The translations under genes and the position numbers were made by a program. From NCBI GenBank assembly GCA_973895155.1, contig OZ316891.1, positions 20,968,169 to 21,032,168 of the forward strand: a stretch of 64,000 nt of DNA. The letters are read 5' to 3'. Source of the stretch: Marsupella aquatica (taxonomy: Eukaryota; Plantae; Marchantiophyta). This document shows, one piece after another, positions 37,401 through 50,942 of the stretch. Each line of letters starts with the position of its first letter. Position 1 is the stretch's first letter. Below the pieces are notes generated by a model. That model made no database searches, was not told the DNA's origin, and saw nothing but the letters and a program-made list of their open reading frames with translations.

Positions 37401-40400
37401 GTGCAACACAGATGTCAGTGTTGTACCAGTTTAATGGGGTCTGTGAATTTTTGTTCACGTCATTTGTCCTTTAGTATCAAATAAACTCTCACTATCGCAA
37501 CTATTATGAATAATATGTGTAACTTCTCATACATCACCCTCTTCATATGAAGGGTGACCATGTATTTCAAACATATTAGTAGTGTTTCATTATGAATTGA
37601 GTTGAGTCTTTATACACATATATGATCTCTGCATGTTTAGCTGGTTGCATGGAGTGTTCGGTACAATACTTTCAATGTCTTACTATGCCATAATCAACGT
37701 GTCACTCAGGAAAGTAGAATGGACAAAAATTGTGGCTACACTAGTGGATCCCACCCATATTCATATCCAGGTAATCTTGCCCAACCCATGTTTGTCAATG
37801 TTTAGGCTAAGTAACATGATGACAAAATCTAAGGTTGAGGTTGTATCCATCAATGGCCTGAGCATGATAATTGTTAATAATTTTTTCAGCCATCTTCTAG
37901 ATTGTGAGAATATATATGTAGAAAGGCAACAACAAAACTGACCCTGAGCCAACCCTGATGTTGCTTGACCTGAATGACCAGGATATCCTCGAAGAGACTC
38001 TAGAGGAATTGGACTTTCGAGATAGAGTTATCAAAATGACATTGGGATTCCAGAACCTTGTGGTGGCAACAGCAACACAAGTAAGCCATTCCCTCACCCC
38101 GCCCCACTCTTTAATGTTGCCCTGATTATCTTCATTTCGTTTGTCACATCAATTTGGATGGTGGAAATCATTGAAGTGTATTTTTGGAAGCTTTATCATA
38201 TTGTGATTGGGCATTTGATCTATAGAAAACTGGAGTAACTTCTTGTGGTCACTCAGATTCAAATTTTGTAAACAGTGCTGCATCTACTCCCTTTCAAACT
38301 GGAACACCCCTCACATATTTGATATAAAGGACACCGTTATATTATTGAAGTTGTGCAAACACTACTTTTTGATGGTGGATTGCTTTACGGGCTTACAACT
38401 CTTCACCTATGAAGGGCGACATCTATCAAATCCAAAATTTCAAGGTACTCATTAATGTAAATATAAGTTGTTTCAGTGTTGTGATGGCAGCACCTTGATT
38501 GCTCTGTGCCATTCTAAATGTTGTTCTGGATGCAACCCTACACAATCCCTTGTGTGCTATGATTCTATTTTTTCCATGGTGAGAGAGGTTTGGGTTTTCA
38601 GTTTCTATTTGTCCAATTTTGTGATTTTTTGGAAAATAGTTGAGCAATCTTTGGGCTGCCTTAGTATGTGGCCAGTTATGCAAAGGGAATAGGACTGTTA
38701 ATTAATTGCGAGGTGTGCTGTTACCTCACAGTCCAACTTTAAGGAACTGACTGTTTAACTCTTGATGCACAGGTTTGCATGCAGAAGCCCTCAATGATCA
38801 AAATGTCAGCATATCAGATGAGATACTTGCCATCATCGACCATCTAGACTGCAAAAGTAGGGCTCTCAGACTTAGCTTATTTTCCTGAAAGCATAGAACA
38901 TGGTTCTGGTTTACTCATTGAACATGCCAAAAAAAAAGCGTATTACCTTTTCCCTTGACGAATTATAGCTGGATCAAATATTGAAGCTCAAGTTTCCAAA
39001 CATTGTCGAATTTAATCTGTGAATGTTGCAATGTATTGTTCATGAAGCACATCAACCAAATGGCAGAGACTTCCTCAATGTGATTTTGTAGGGGTATGCT
39101 TTCTAAGTCCCAGTACTGGCAAGCTTGTGGGTGATGGCATGCAACATACATTGGAAATAATGCAGATTTCTCTCAATCAGATGGGGTCATCTCCCAACCA
39201 AAAGCTTGTGTTTATTGATAGAAATCATGACCTTTTCATTACTCCTGTCCTTGTAAGTCACCCTCTCTGCATATTCTAACCAGGTTGCTTTACATAAGAC
39301 AATTGATTCACAGTCTACTCTCTTAGAAAAGATTTGGAGCTAGTATCCATAAAAAGTTTGATACAGCCTCTACTTTTTGAGTCAACATGGTCTAGATTAA
39401 CAATAGCTGCAACTCAAGCTGTAAGAATGAAGTTGAGGTTTAGTTCTTTGCTAGCTGCAAAGGTTTCCCTCACCTTGGATAGTAGAAGATAAAAGCCATT
39501 GCAACACCTTTGATCATGATGGACCTACACACATCCAAAGTGCTTTAGACAGTATTAGACAGACTTTGTTCCATTTGCTGGGGAATGGCTTTGTCATGCA
39601 AATCTTCTTTTCTAGGCACAGAAGGTGGCAGTATTTAAGTTGGGAGCAATGGTTGATGATGCAATATGGAACGACAGCAGCGACATTCTTGCTGTTGTTG
39701 CCGATCACAAACTTGTTGTGTGGTACTATCCGCATGTTGCATACGTGGATAGGGACCTCCTAAAATATGTGAAAGATACAAGGGAATGGTGAGAGTCTTT
39801 TGATATATCTTAGATTCACTCGTCACCCATACTTGATATGTCTATCTTGCAACATATGAAGAGCTCTACTTTGTCTAAGCGTTTGGGAGATATTAAATTG
39901 AATAACCTCTCTTTAATGATTACAACCATGATTTGCCTGGATTGTGTCAAGGTCTGCTCATGGTTGCTCCTCACAATTGCTCTTCATTGGTTGACCTTCA
40001 GCCTTGTAGGAGAAAGTGCAAAGCTACAAGGATTCTGGGGCTCTCGATGTAGTATTCGTCGGAAAGATGGTGCTATGATCTTCACAGACATCTCACCATA
40101 TCCATGTTTACTATTTGAGCACATCATAGCCAAACAATGGGATCATGCAATCAGGCTCTGCCGACTTGTTAAGGTAGCATCTCTGCATGCTTGGCAAATG
40201 TTGAATTTTGGTGGTATGCTTTGACAGAATCCTTCACCTTCATGTGTATTGTAGTGAAAAGTGTGGGGGATGAGAAGCATTGTTGTGGCTTTTCTGCAGG
40301 AAAATCTTTTGTGGGCTTGTCTGGCAGCCATGGCTGTGGATTCTAAAGAGTTGAGCATGGCCGAGGTAGCATATGCCGCCTTAGATGAGGTGTGCTAAGG

Positions 40401-41584
40401 AGAAACATTACCAAAGAATGTATGAAGGCTAGTTTGCACTGCAATAGAAACATCTATTTATCATCACAATTTCCACTCTAAGTGTTTGCAATGTTACTCA
40501 GTTCATTCAATCCATTTAAGTCCACTCTCAGCCACTTTATATATATGTGGTTGGACAGAGAATGTATTAAAAAAATGGGGTCCCTATCGGAATTGCAGGT
40601 GGACAAAGTGCACTATATTTTGCATGTTAAGGATCTACCATCTGATGAAGCTCGCCAAGCAGAGCTTGCTTTGTTCAGAAGAAGGCCTGAAGAAGCAGAA
40701 TCCATCCTTTTACAAGCTGGTCTCACTTATAGGGCCATAAAAATGAACATTAGACTTTTCAACTGGGACAGGTTCTCTTTTGCCAACACCCCCTTCTAAG
40801 CTTTTCTTTATCTTATTAAAAATAAAAGGATGAAATATTATCCAATCGGCCATGTCCTCAGGTTCTTTCTCCATATTTTGTAAAACGTTTGTAGGAAACT
40901 TGGAAGCTTCCATCAGACACAAGTATGATTAGTGCATGTATTTCTACAGGGCCCTGGAGCTAGCATTGTTGCACAAAGTGCATTTGGACACGGTTTTGTG
41001 GCTTCGTCAACAATACCTTCAGATGGCAAAGCACAAGGAGACAAAACAACAATTTCTGCAATTGAATGAACAGGTTATTGCTACATTCAATGTAGGCTGG
41101 GTGCCCATGATCAATATCTATGCTCTCATTGAATCACAACCCAAATTTTCAGCTTAGTTCTCATTTTTAGTGATAGATTCCTTGACTCTGAAAAATCTGT
41201 AGAGGCTAGATCCACTGGAAAGTTGTTATCAATAATCATGTCCAGTCTTCAGCATTGGCTTCGTGCAATTTGTTCAACTATTATTAATATGTCCTTGCTT
41301 AGAACTTGGTGCAAGTATTACCATCCATGATTAGTTTTTCATCATTAATGTAGAATACTTCTGTGAGATCACAAGAAAAAGGAAAACCAAACCTAAATTT
41401 TGCATTAACCTTTTTTTGATGTGTCTTAATGGCTTCAGGACCAAGTATACTAAATGGGTTTGTTCCTTGGGAATCATTAACACAGGTGCAGATTGATATT
41501 CAAAAGATTTTAGGGAAAATTGGTGAAGAGAAAGAAAGGGAGAGCCGTCGGCAAAGTAAGCCATACCCCTTGTCCAGTGCCTAG
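34407..41584 (+). CDS. IFT80: Intraflagellar transport protein 80 (WD40, IFT-B2), 20 exons
   Basis: Exons: 34407-34443, 34711-34820, 35062-35170, 35442-35534, 35701-35787, 36020-36108, 36244-36354, 36621-36758, 37216-37340, 37710-37770, 37982-38080, 38276-38444, 38773-38856, 39092-39252, 39616-39788, 40002-40173, 40300-40389, 40599-40771, 40950-41073, 41486-41584. All GT-AG and phase-compatible. Motifs [75 protein letters not shown] match IFT80. Confidence 0.95.
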
Positions 41585-43199
41585 TTCTCTTCAACTATTT
41601 TCAGCTATGTATCACTTAAATAGCAATGAGATCCATAGGATAATTTTGTGAGGAGGTTCCTCGATATGAAACATTCACATGACAAGCTCATCCTTGTGTT
41701 AATTAAACAAACAAAGCGTGATCTAAATTGAGGCATGCATCAAAGTCCTTGACTTAGTACTGCTCTTTGTGTGTTCATTCAACTTTGTATGCTTTTCCTT
41801 AGTCAATAAAGGGATAAAGGGTCAACTGTCGGAAATCAGGTTGGTGGGTTCCGGGAAACAGAGAGAACTGAGTTGTAGGATGTGGTGTAGTACTGTCTAC
41901 AAATTTCGTAATGTGATTCTGAAAGCTTGTTTTTGATTTTGTTTTAATTTTTATAACCTTACTGTGTTTTTTAATGCAGTCAATTCTGGGCACCATATGG
42001 GAAAACACCAGGTCCAGGCAGTTGCACTTTTGCAGGGCCCATGTCTACCCCAAAGTGACATGTTTCAATGACTCTGCATTTGCATTGGCACAATGTGTTG
42101 GAGAACTTTAATCCGACGGACCTGTCCTCAGGTGCTCCCTAAGCTACCTTAAAGGACTAGGAGCCACCAGGCTAATGGAAACTACCTGGTTTGCATTAGA
42201 TCCACCAAGAAGTAATTGGGATTGAGCAGTTGAATGTTAGTAGTTAAGGTGACATCCTCAAGAAGCCTGGAAGGTCAGGAAGGCTTGATATATGCACTAT
42301 TAATCAAGCTTGCTTCGTGGCCAGACCTTACAATCTACCTGCTTAGCGTACCCTTTGGAGACTGGGAGGAAGGGTAACAAGAAAGTTTCTTATTACATTC
42401 AAGGAACGTCCTTTGGAGAAGAGGATGAACGACAAGAAGGTTACTTATTACATTCAAGAAAGTTATAGCATGGATGTAAGAGTGCATTTATCGAACAAAG
42501 ATGAACTAAGGCAAAGAAGAAACTCACGGGAGGTTCTTTAATAGACATGAACCCCGGGGCGGAGTATTCGTCTTTAATATCTTCATTGTGTTTGAGAAAT
42601 GATCTCAGTATACAATTTTATGCTTTGCACTGGGACAAGCCTGTTAGTGACAAGAGTTGGCTTTCCAAGGAGCACCAGATATGATGTCCAGCCCTTAACC
42701 AATCAGAAAAGTCGAGCCTACAAGTCAATTGACAAAAGTTGGCCTATCTGATGAGCACCAAATATGATGTCAATCCCTTACCAATCAATTGTGGCAGTGG
42801 GGGATTAATATGGGTCTTGAAACTATGGATCTAGAACATTTTGTTCTTGTAACAGGTTTCAATAGTTGAAACTTGAAAGTTGAGAAGCTTAAATGATGTG
42901 ATTAGATCATTGCTGAAAATGACTTAGGGAGAAACTAGCTGCCACGGTGTTAAGTAAGGAAGATTTGTGTATTCATATTGACAGACTGATGTTGGAACAT
43001 TGCTCTTGGTAAATGTTTCCTTAACATAAAAACAAAACTGAAGCTCTTTGAATAATACTGTAGCCTGTGAGCATCGATTGGGATGTGTATGCAGAAATTT
43101 TGTAATTTTAGTCCACTATCTAACTTCAATTTCTTTATCCTGTGTTATTTTTAAAATGCTTGTGCCTGACCACCCTCTTTACTCAGGAGGTAACTGTCT

Positions 43200-44110
43200 T
43201 AAAGTCCAGATGGACCAGGTAAGTCAATAAACCAGCTACGGTAGTGGTTCAATTTCTTATGTCCAAGCTTGCCAGAATTAGTCAGAATACTAGGAGATTT
43301 GTACTCATATGGACCGAATATAGGAGCATTCGTACCCATGGCCTCCATTCACATCTGGGATTGGAAGACTACCGAGTCCTTTTGGCCTCCAGGGAGAGAA
43401 CTTGGCCAGATGGGGTCCCACCCATACACTACACACCTTCCACTGATTCCTTTTGGGAGCATGGAACCGGGAAAGATCCAACGTTGTTAATGGTCCACCT
43501 CATCTTATCTTGTTGATCTAGAAATGGAAATGTTTCAACCAGGTTGGCAGCCATTTGCCTGCGGCTTGCGTCCAGGGGTGACTGGAGCCCACAACTGCCA
43601 GTCCGGAACGACAGTTGGGTGGAGCCAGCTCTCAACTTTGGTGGCGAGGCACAGTGGACTTCATTCTTTTGGGTGGCAGGCAGAGAATGCCATTTTTGCA
43701 GTGGACTACACCCTTTTTGGATGGGTGCAAATGCTCTAGTTTCATGTCATATTCTGGCTCCAGTAGCTGACTCTAAACATACCTTAGTCATAAGTTGGTT
43801 TCTAATCAAGCTATTGACACTTGTTTCCAGACTTTCACAGATGGCCATTTCAACTTTTCCCAGTCAAAACACTTTTTCATTCTACTTGTTCCAGTAGAAG
43901 TTCATTGACGCCTAACAAAACCATATGTCTGCGCCTTTTTCAACATAAAACACTTGGGGGCATTTTGTCTCATAGAAAGTATTTCAGGGCGTGGTGGGTC
44001 AAATGTAATATATTCCCCATGTAATTTACTCTCGATTTCATGAAAGGACCCCGAGTTGAATTTTCCAGCCCATCGTTTCTGGAAAGTCACGTTTTTGGAT
44101 TAGGCGCCAA
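43200..44110 (-). mobile_element. Degenerate L1-type LINE ORF2 C-terminal remnant
   Basis: Minus-strand fragments NFYWNK..CFDWEKLKWP..NQLMTKV, RAGSTQLSFRTGSCGLQSPL and DKMRWTINNVGSFPV follow the order of plant L1 post-RT motifs (NFLW..W.KVC.P, G.G....FW.D.W....PL, D...W.....G.FSV). Frameshifted. Confidence 0.45.
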
Positions 44111-45475
44111 TTTGAGTCAAATCCCTCATTGCAACCATCCTATGCAATTTACTCTGGAGCTCTGTCAGACATTTCTTTTGTGCAAAACTAAGACTATGGT
44201 TATAATTATTGCAGTCACTGAAACAAGCACCCTACAAGCATGTCGTCAAAGCTTCATTGGGAAGACAGAAAGGTCATATCACAGGACAGTCCTTTAGCCT
44301 TTAGTACAGTACAGCTCTCAAAGGACTGTACTGAATATCCCGTAGGAGGGTCCGACGCCCTTGGATTTGCCTCTTAATTAACTTTGGGTCAGGAGTGAAT
44401 AGAAAGCCAACCTCCAGGTCAGATCTGTCCAAATGTTGGCTGCGAGCCTGGACACCGTTAGATCTTAGCAGAGATTCTGGCCCGGAGACTGCGCCAAAAC
44501 TGAAATGCCTGCTAAAACTCCAGAGAAATTTGCATAATTAGGAGGGTCACCATGAGGTATTTGACCCAAAGCCATGAAACCAACCGCCTCAGTAGTACTA
44601 GTAGACATATATAAAAAATATAAATAATGTTGGATACTAAGAATTCAGTTTGACGAGGTTTTCAAGCCCTCAGCTCTTTTAGATTGGACAAAAGAGGAAC
44701 TCCAGTTCCACTCACTTTGAACCAGCAAGTATTAGTTCTTTTGCCATTTTGTGGAGGTTCTTTGGCCTTGGTGTTCCCAGTATTTTCCTTTGTTTCTACC
44801 GCTTGGATCCTATCTCTGGGTGTGGCGCTTTGGGTCCTTGGCAATGCTCTGTAAACTAGGGAGCTTGAATGTCGTTGGTTCTGCTCTTATGAATAAAGAC
44901 AATGAACCATTCCTATTCAAAAACCAGGAAGGTCGTATTGGCCTCCCTGGAAATGCGTCATAGGGTTTAGCTAGGGTTCTTCAGTCCATATAATAGTTGT
45001 TTTGGAGTTGACTTACTGTGTTATCATTTTTTTAAACATCAGCAGTGATGTGCTGCAGTAGATTACTACTATTTACCTTGGCGACGATCAGTTTCCCACA
45101 TGGCTTGCACAAAATGCTATTTTCCCTTTACAAATAAAATTGCAACACCATAGACAAATTCTCTAGATTACATGGCTTTTACTTTAAAAACTAGATCAGT
45201 GTTTTAGATCCAAATATTCAGAACATTCCTAAAATATGCTTTGTAAAACGTTTCCAAGTTGCACCAACCTTATCTTAAATTTGCCTTGGGGACTAAAAAT
45301 ATCAATAAGTTTTTTTCTTTATTGTGTAAACATATTGTCCCTAAAGGTATACACTGATAAATCAATGTTTTAGACCACCTTTATCTATTAATAAAATACG
45401 CATTGTGAAAATTTCCCAAGTTTCCCCTGACCCTTAATATTTAAACCTTTGTGTGAGGGATTGGAATTTTAAAAT

Positions 45476-46225
45476 GGCTGAAATTTAGTTCAATATTAGT
45501 TAAAAAAAATAAAAAATAAAAAAACTGGCTGAACTTTAGTTCAATATTTTGATGGCCTTGAAAATGGCCCTAGAACTTATTAGCCATCGTATTATCAAAA
45601 CTAGTATTATTCGCCAGACTTCATGCAGTATTGTGATGGGCCCCCAAAATGGTCCCAGTACATTTTGTACACCTTATTGGAATTGTTCAGCAGAATGTGA
45701 CGTGCCCAGGGTAAATGTCTTTTCAGCGAACCTGATGGTCCCTTCTCCCAAGTGAGTGACTGAGTGTAACTTCAAATAATAGGCCAAACTTTAGTTCAAT
45801 ATTGTGATGGCCTCGACAATGGCCCCAGAACTTATTATCAATTGTACAGTCAAAACTGGTATTGTTTGCCAAACTTTGGCCAGTATTGTGATGGACCCAC
45901 AAATGACATCCCAATAATTGCACTTCAAAAGCCCCATATAAGTATTTAAAATAACATGTAGTGATCTAAAGAAAATAATTGAGTTTATCATGGTATGGAA
46001 TGCCAGACACATATCCTAATTACCCTGGGTACGTCACATGGTGGCGAGCCATTCCAATAATGTGTACAATATGTTCTGGGTTCATTTTTTGGCTAACTGT
46101 GCACATAAAAAATGTGAGAATATAAATTGTACTATATCACTCCCTACCATAATAAACTCAACTGTTCTATTTAGATCACTAAATGTTATTTGTGTTTTCA
46201 GCGAACCTGATGGTCCCTTCTCCCT
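45476..46225. repeat. Cluster of short direct repeats
   Basis: TTTAGTTCAATATT x3 (near 45484, 45535, 45790). ~150-bp diverged duplication 45527-45690 / 45784-45920. TTTTCAGCGAACCTGATGGTCCCTTCTCCC x2 (near 45720 and 46195). Confidence 0.75.
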
Positions 46226-47252
46226 AGTGTACTAGGCTGTCATCCTTGAGTCTGGCAAAGGATGACAACCTGGCTGCCTGGTTTTGTGGGTCTGGATGAC
46301 AACCTGGCTCCCCGTCTCTCTGTGGGTCGGCCCAGCTCATGTTTGTTGGGTTTCATTTGTCAATATAACAAGTTCCCCAGTTCCTCCAGAAGTCAGCCGT
46401 CGTGCTCAATCAAAGTCTCTGTTCCCATTAGTGGACCTCCATGATCACAGTTTCAGCTACATTCCAACGAAGCTTCTTTTAGGCAGCTCCCTCCCCCCTC
46501 TCCTCTCCTCTCCTCTCCTCTCCACCCTTCGGCTATGGTCCTCTGGCGTTTGGACGAGATGGAGGAACTCTTCACAAGACATCAATCATGCATGAGAGCT
46601 CGATGCTCTGCTTGCCAGAACGGCAGGAGCTGGATGGCTTGTCAGGAAAGCAGGAGCCGGACCACTTGATTGCTTGTAAGACTCTCTGGAGTGTCGATGA
46701 AGTCTTTTATCTGCGAAGACACGCAGTAATGACTAATGTGTACTCAGAGAAGGGGTCAGCATTTTGGCCGACAGAGTTTACGTTAGTGTAGTGGGTATTC
46801 GTTGACATTGTCCGAGGAGTACCGTACCAGATTCGTTGAACGATCGATCACCATCGATCGACACGACGATGACTAACCGGGTGACTAACTGGATGCAATC
46901 TCTCTCGCTTCCCTAGTTTCTTTTGCATGGGAGTGACGCGTAATCGAAGGCTCAACTTACTCGAGAGATTGATCGTCTTCGATGGGACTATGAAATAATG
47001 AAAACCAATTCGAGGCACTTTTTTCTACCTCCGGCCGAGTAGATTCTCAGTTTCTGTGCTCGTGGAAGAGACTGGCTTTGGTGGATTTGTGGATGGAACG
47101 GAAGCGAGCTTTGATTGCTGATTAGGACCACGTTTCGGATCTCATCGACTGTTTCTATACGAGATCTGGCTGAAGGGAGCCGGTGAGCACTTTCTGTCTT
47201 TTTCTGTTCTGGTGACTGGGCAGCTCGTGAAGTAGTCGATCAACCGCGGGCG

Positions 47253-49154
47253 ATGGTGGAGGAGGTGACTATGGAAAAGACTAGTACGAGAGTGATAGTG
47301 GACATTCTTCGGAAACTCGGTAGTGACCACGTAGACAGTGCACTCGCCAGGAGTTTGCACAATGCACTGGTCGATGAGCTACAGAAGGTGTCGGTCGTCG
47401 ATCTGAGCAGGAGGAAGATCGGAGACAAGGGAATTACTGCGCTCGGGAAAGCTCTGCAGGATTGTCCAGTGCCGAGACTGGAGAGACTGAGCTTGGAAGC
47501 GAATGACATTAGCTATGATGGCATGGCAGCCGTAGGGGCGGCCATAGGTTGCGGCAACTTGACGTCGTTGAAAATTCTTCATTTATCATGGAACAAGCTT
47601 GGCGAGCAGGGATGCAAAAAATTGGCCGATGGTTTCTTCGGAGCCAAGCCGCAGAAACCTAAGGCGGCTATCGCGGTCATGAACAACTTCTCTTTCGAAA
47701 TTTGGAACAAGATGAAAAGTAGGTCGAGAAGTCTGCGGAAGTCTGGGAGCATAAACCATGATACAGGGAGCATGCCCCACAATTCCAATTATTCACAAGA
47801 TTTTTCTGACGATCAAATCGGCATGAGATCGTTCAAGACTGTTCCCAATTTGCACACGCTCTGGTTGAGCGGCAATAATATCGGAGACGCGGGCACGAAG
47901 GCTCTCTCGGAGGTCTTCGACTCCGGGCATTGTCCTGCGCTGAAGGTCCTGCGCTTGTTTAAGAATGAGATCAAAGCAGATGGTGCGCAATCTCTGGCTA
48001 AGGCTTTGAAATCCGGCAGCTTGAGCCGCCTAGAGGCTTTGAATCTGGGGCAGAATCCAATTAGAGGTGAGGGCACCATGGCGCTGGTCAGCGCATTCGA
48101 GACACACAAACTACTAGCGTTGAAGGAGATAGGATTGAGCTTCATTCCGAGCATGACTGCAGAAGGATGCATATCGCTCGCTCGTGTGATTCGAGAGGGC
48201 CATCTACCGGCGTTGGAATCACTGTACCTGCACAAGAACTTCGTTGGGAATGATGCAGCCATTGCCCTCTGGAGAGCCTTAGGGTCTGGACGTGCAAGGC
48301 AGATCAAGATATTGGACCTTGAAGGCAATCACATCCAGGCCACAGGAATTGCAGAGCTTGCGGACGTGATCCGCCTGGGCCAAGTGCCGCATCTAGAAAT
48401 TTTAGACCTAGTAGCGAACAACATCGGCACCGAAGGCGGTAAAATACTCGGCGAGGCATTCCAGACCCGGGATAACATGACCCTCAAGTGGCTGGCTCTC
48501 GCTGGGAATTCCATAGGCGACGAGGGATGCATCTCTCTAGCCAAAGCCATCGAGCAGGATCACCTGTCCGGCTTGCAACGCTTGGACTTGGGCAGCAACG
48601 GCCTTGGCTTAAAGGGCATCACAGCCATCGCGAAAGCTTTAGAGAGAGCTAGGCTTCCGAACTTGGAGTTTGTGTCCGTTGATGACAATGCGTTGGATCA
48701 CCGGAGCGCAGCGACACTGGCCGGTGCTCTCAAGAACAATGCTGTTCCTGTCCTGAAGCGCCTGAGCTTGAAGAATAACAAAGCAGGGGACCGGGAGAAG
48801 GCCGCAGAAGCTTTGATGGCGGCATACGCAAAGAACTTGGACTTGAAGACTGAGGTCCTTTATGACTGGCCGAACGACAGCTACGCAACTCAATTGAAGA
48901 AGATCATGCAGGAGCGAAATTCTGAAAAGGATGGGTCCCCCAGCACGCAGGAGGGCATGGCCCCCTCCAAGACATTGCCCGGCTGCTGGAGCTGCTTCTG
49001 GACAAGTAGAACCCGCACGAGAGGCGCTTCAAATGATCAAACAGGAAGGCTAAGTCCCACCGGGAGCTTTCGAGTTCCCAGACGCTTGTCGCGGATGCCC
49101 AGCAAGTCTAAGTTTGCTGACATGCCACCACTGGCAAGACCACCCGGTGAATGA
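47253..49154 (+). CDS. Intronless 633-aa ribonuclease-inhibitor-like (RNI-like) leucine-rich-repeat protein
   Basis: Long ORF with ~30-aa repeats LxxLxLxxNxIGxxGxxxLaxaL (e.g. LHTLWLSGNNIGDAGTKALSEV, LKWLALAGNSIGDEGCISLAKA). Basic, Ser/Arg-rich disordered C-terminus. Confidence 0.93.
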   Translation: MVEEVTMEKTSTRVIVDILRKLGSDHVDSALARSLHNALVDELQKVSVVDLSRRKIGDKGITALGKALQDCPVPRLERLSLEANDISYDGMAAVGAAIGCGNLTSLKILHLSWNKLGEQGCKKLADGFFGAKPQKPKAAIAVMNNFSFEIWNKMKSRSRSLRKSGSINHDTGSMPHNSNYSQDFSDDQIGMRSFKTVPNLHTLWLSGNNIGDAGTKALSEVFDSGHCPALKVLRLFKNEIKADGAQSLAKALKSGSLSRLEALNLGQNPIRGEGTMALVSAFETHKLLALKEIGLSFIPSMTAEGCISLARVIREGHLPALESLYLHKNFVGNDAAIALWRALGSGRARQIKILDLEGNHIQATGIAELADVIRLGQVPHLEILDLVANNIGTEGGKILGEAFQTRDNMTLKWLALAGNSIGDEGCISLAKAIEQDHLSGLQRLDLGSNGLGLKGITAIAKALERARLPNLEFVSVDDNALDHRSAATLAGALKNNAVPVLKRLSLKNNKAGDREKAAEALMAAYAKNLDLKTEVLYDWPNDSYATQLKKIMQERNSEKDGSPSTQEGMAPSKTLPGCWSCFWTSRTRTRGASNDQTGRLSPTGSFRVPRRLSRMPSKSKFADMPPLARPPGE

Positions 49155-50813
49155 TCATGATTAGTGCTTCTTTCATTCGGGATCAACGATCGCGAATCAA
49201 CCAGTTCACTGGTTACCATCTTGACAATTTTGATCACGGCCAGCCGTAAAGGGCCTGGCCTTTCTAATCTAGTTTTAATTCTTCATGTAGACGTGGAAAT
49301 TAGTTGACATAATCTCTCCTAAACGTTCCATTACATATCTTCCTTCAGTCTGTTGCAACTTTAAGAGGGAACGTCAGCAGCCCGGAAGTGTATATACTGT
49401 ATTATCGTCAGAGATCGACAAAATTATAGGTGAAACGTGAAGCGAATGTTAGAGAGGTATTCACCGTACCCTGATCTACATATTCTATTCCTGCACAAGC
49501 TAAAATGACAAGTTAGTTGGAGGTATGATTCATGCCGTCGACATCTAGCGACCGTAGCTAATCACACGGCTTTGGTTGATCGCGATCGATATGCGATCCC
49601 AAATTGTGAGAACGACACTTTTTACTTGTCAAAGTCGTAGTAGCTACGGTCTTCGTTCGCAGTGTGATCCCACGTTGTCGTTCTGAAGGACTGTCGAGTT
49701 TTCAATCACTATTAGTAGTTTGAGTACCAAAAGCCAACGAAATGGTGTCTCTCAACCGCATAGCTGCAGGATGGCGTGAATATCGTCGTCTCAGCTGACC
49801 GTTTGACAGACATTCTCGTTCGGTTCATCACGAGAGAATCGTCTTCCCTTCAACGTCAATCCCAGCATGATTATGACTGATGAGATGAAACAACACAGAT
49901 TTGTGTCGCTAATCGTAGAGGGAGAGTCTGCAGCAGTAGCTGTGTGATGACAAAGTTCTATCGATCAGGTTGACAATTGTGTGAGTCTGGATGATGCAAT
50001 CGAATCGAAATAATATAGAAACCAATCAACTTGCCACCGATCGTTCAGTGAGGTGTTGGAACTACTAGTGGTACGTCACACACCTACCAGAATGCCAAAG
50101 GCCCGTAAACATGGGATGATCTCAACGACTGTACTTAGAACAGATTATTGAGTTGTGCCTGTCACCCGTTCACGAAACGCAACTACTTGAGTAGTGTACA
50201 TTCATTGATTTGCAATCCCGGCGATATATGAGCGGGACTTCAAAACGAGTACAGGATGGATGTTGTGTCTTCTTCAAGAGCTACTGTTAGATTACTTACA
50301 TCTGTTTTTGGCTTTAGACGAGGAATAACACATTCTCTTTTTGGTTAGTGAGGATGGCTTTACACGAAGTGCGGGCATTTGAGACCTTAGTGAAGTGCCA
50401 TCTATTGTTCTAAATATAGAATCCAGACCTAGAATCTTTTGAAGTGATATGCAATAAATACTGCGGTAGTCCTTTTTAGATGGTCTAAAATTCTAGATAG
50501 AATAAACATTTTCTTCTATAAGTCACGGGAATCGAATTGAATGGTGTCTGTTGTGCAGGCGGTAGCTGCCGGTAGCTGGTAGGTGCAGGTTAGCTGCGCG
50601 TAGAATGAAACTAAATATGTCAAACGTGCCACTATTAACATTCAGCAGGCTCTATCCTGATGGTAGATGGGTGAGAATGTGGCCAGGGAGGGTGCGGGTT
50701 CAAAACTTGCTGGCTTTGTTTTCCCTTTTAATTGAGATCCCCCCAAAAGTGGGGTACAGAGATCTCTAGTGACATTAGTAGGTTCTTTTATTCCACTCCA
50801 GAGTTTAACACAC

Positions 50814-50942
50814 ATCCTCCCCAAAAAGTGGGGTTCACTAGTACTTAGTGACACTTATCCTCCCCAAAAAGTGGGGTTCACTAGTACTTAGTGACACTTA
50901 TCCTCCCCAAAAAGTGGGGTTCACTAGTACTTAGTGACACTT
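50814..50942. repeat. Perfect 43-bp tandem repeat x3
   Basis: ATCCTCCCCAAAAAGTGGGGTTCACTAGTACTTAGTGACACTT at 50814, 50857 and 50900. A diverged relative lies at ~50738-50776. Confidence 0.95.

Noticed and set aside
47142-49237. Several minus-strand ORFs up to 171 aa
   Set aside because: Antisense shadows of the LRR coding sequence.
50814-50942. Palindromic 43-bp repeats as a CRISPR
   Set aside because: Copies are directly adjacent with no spacers.
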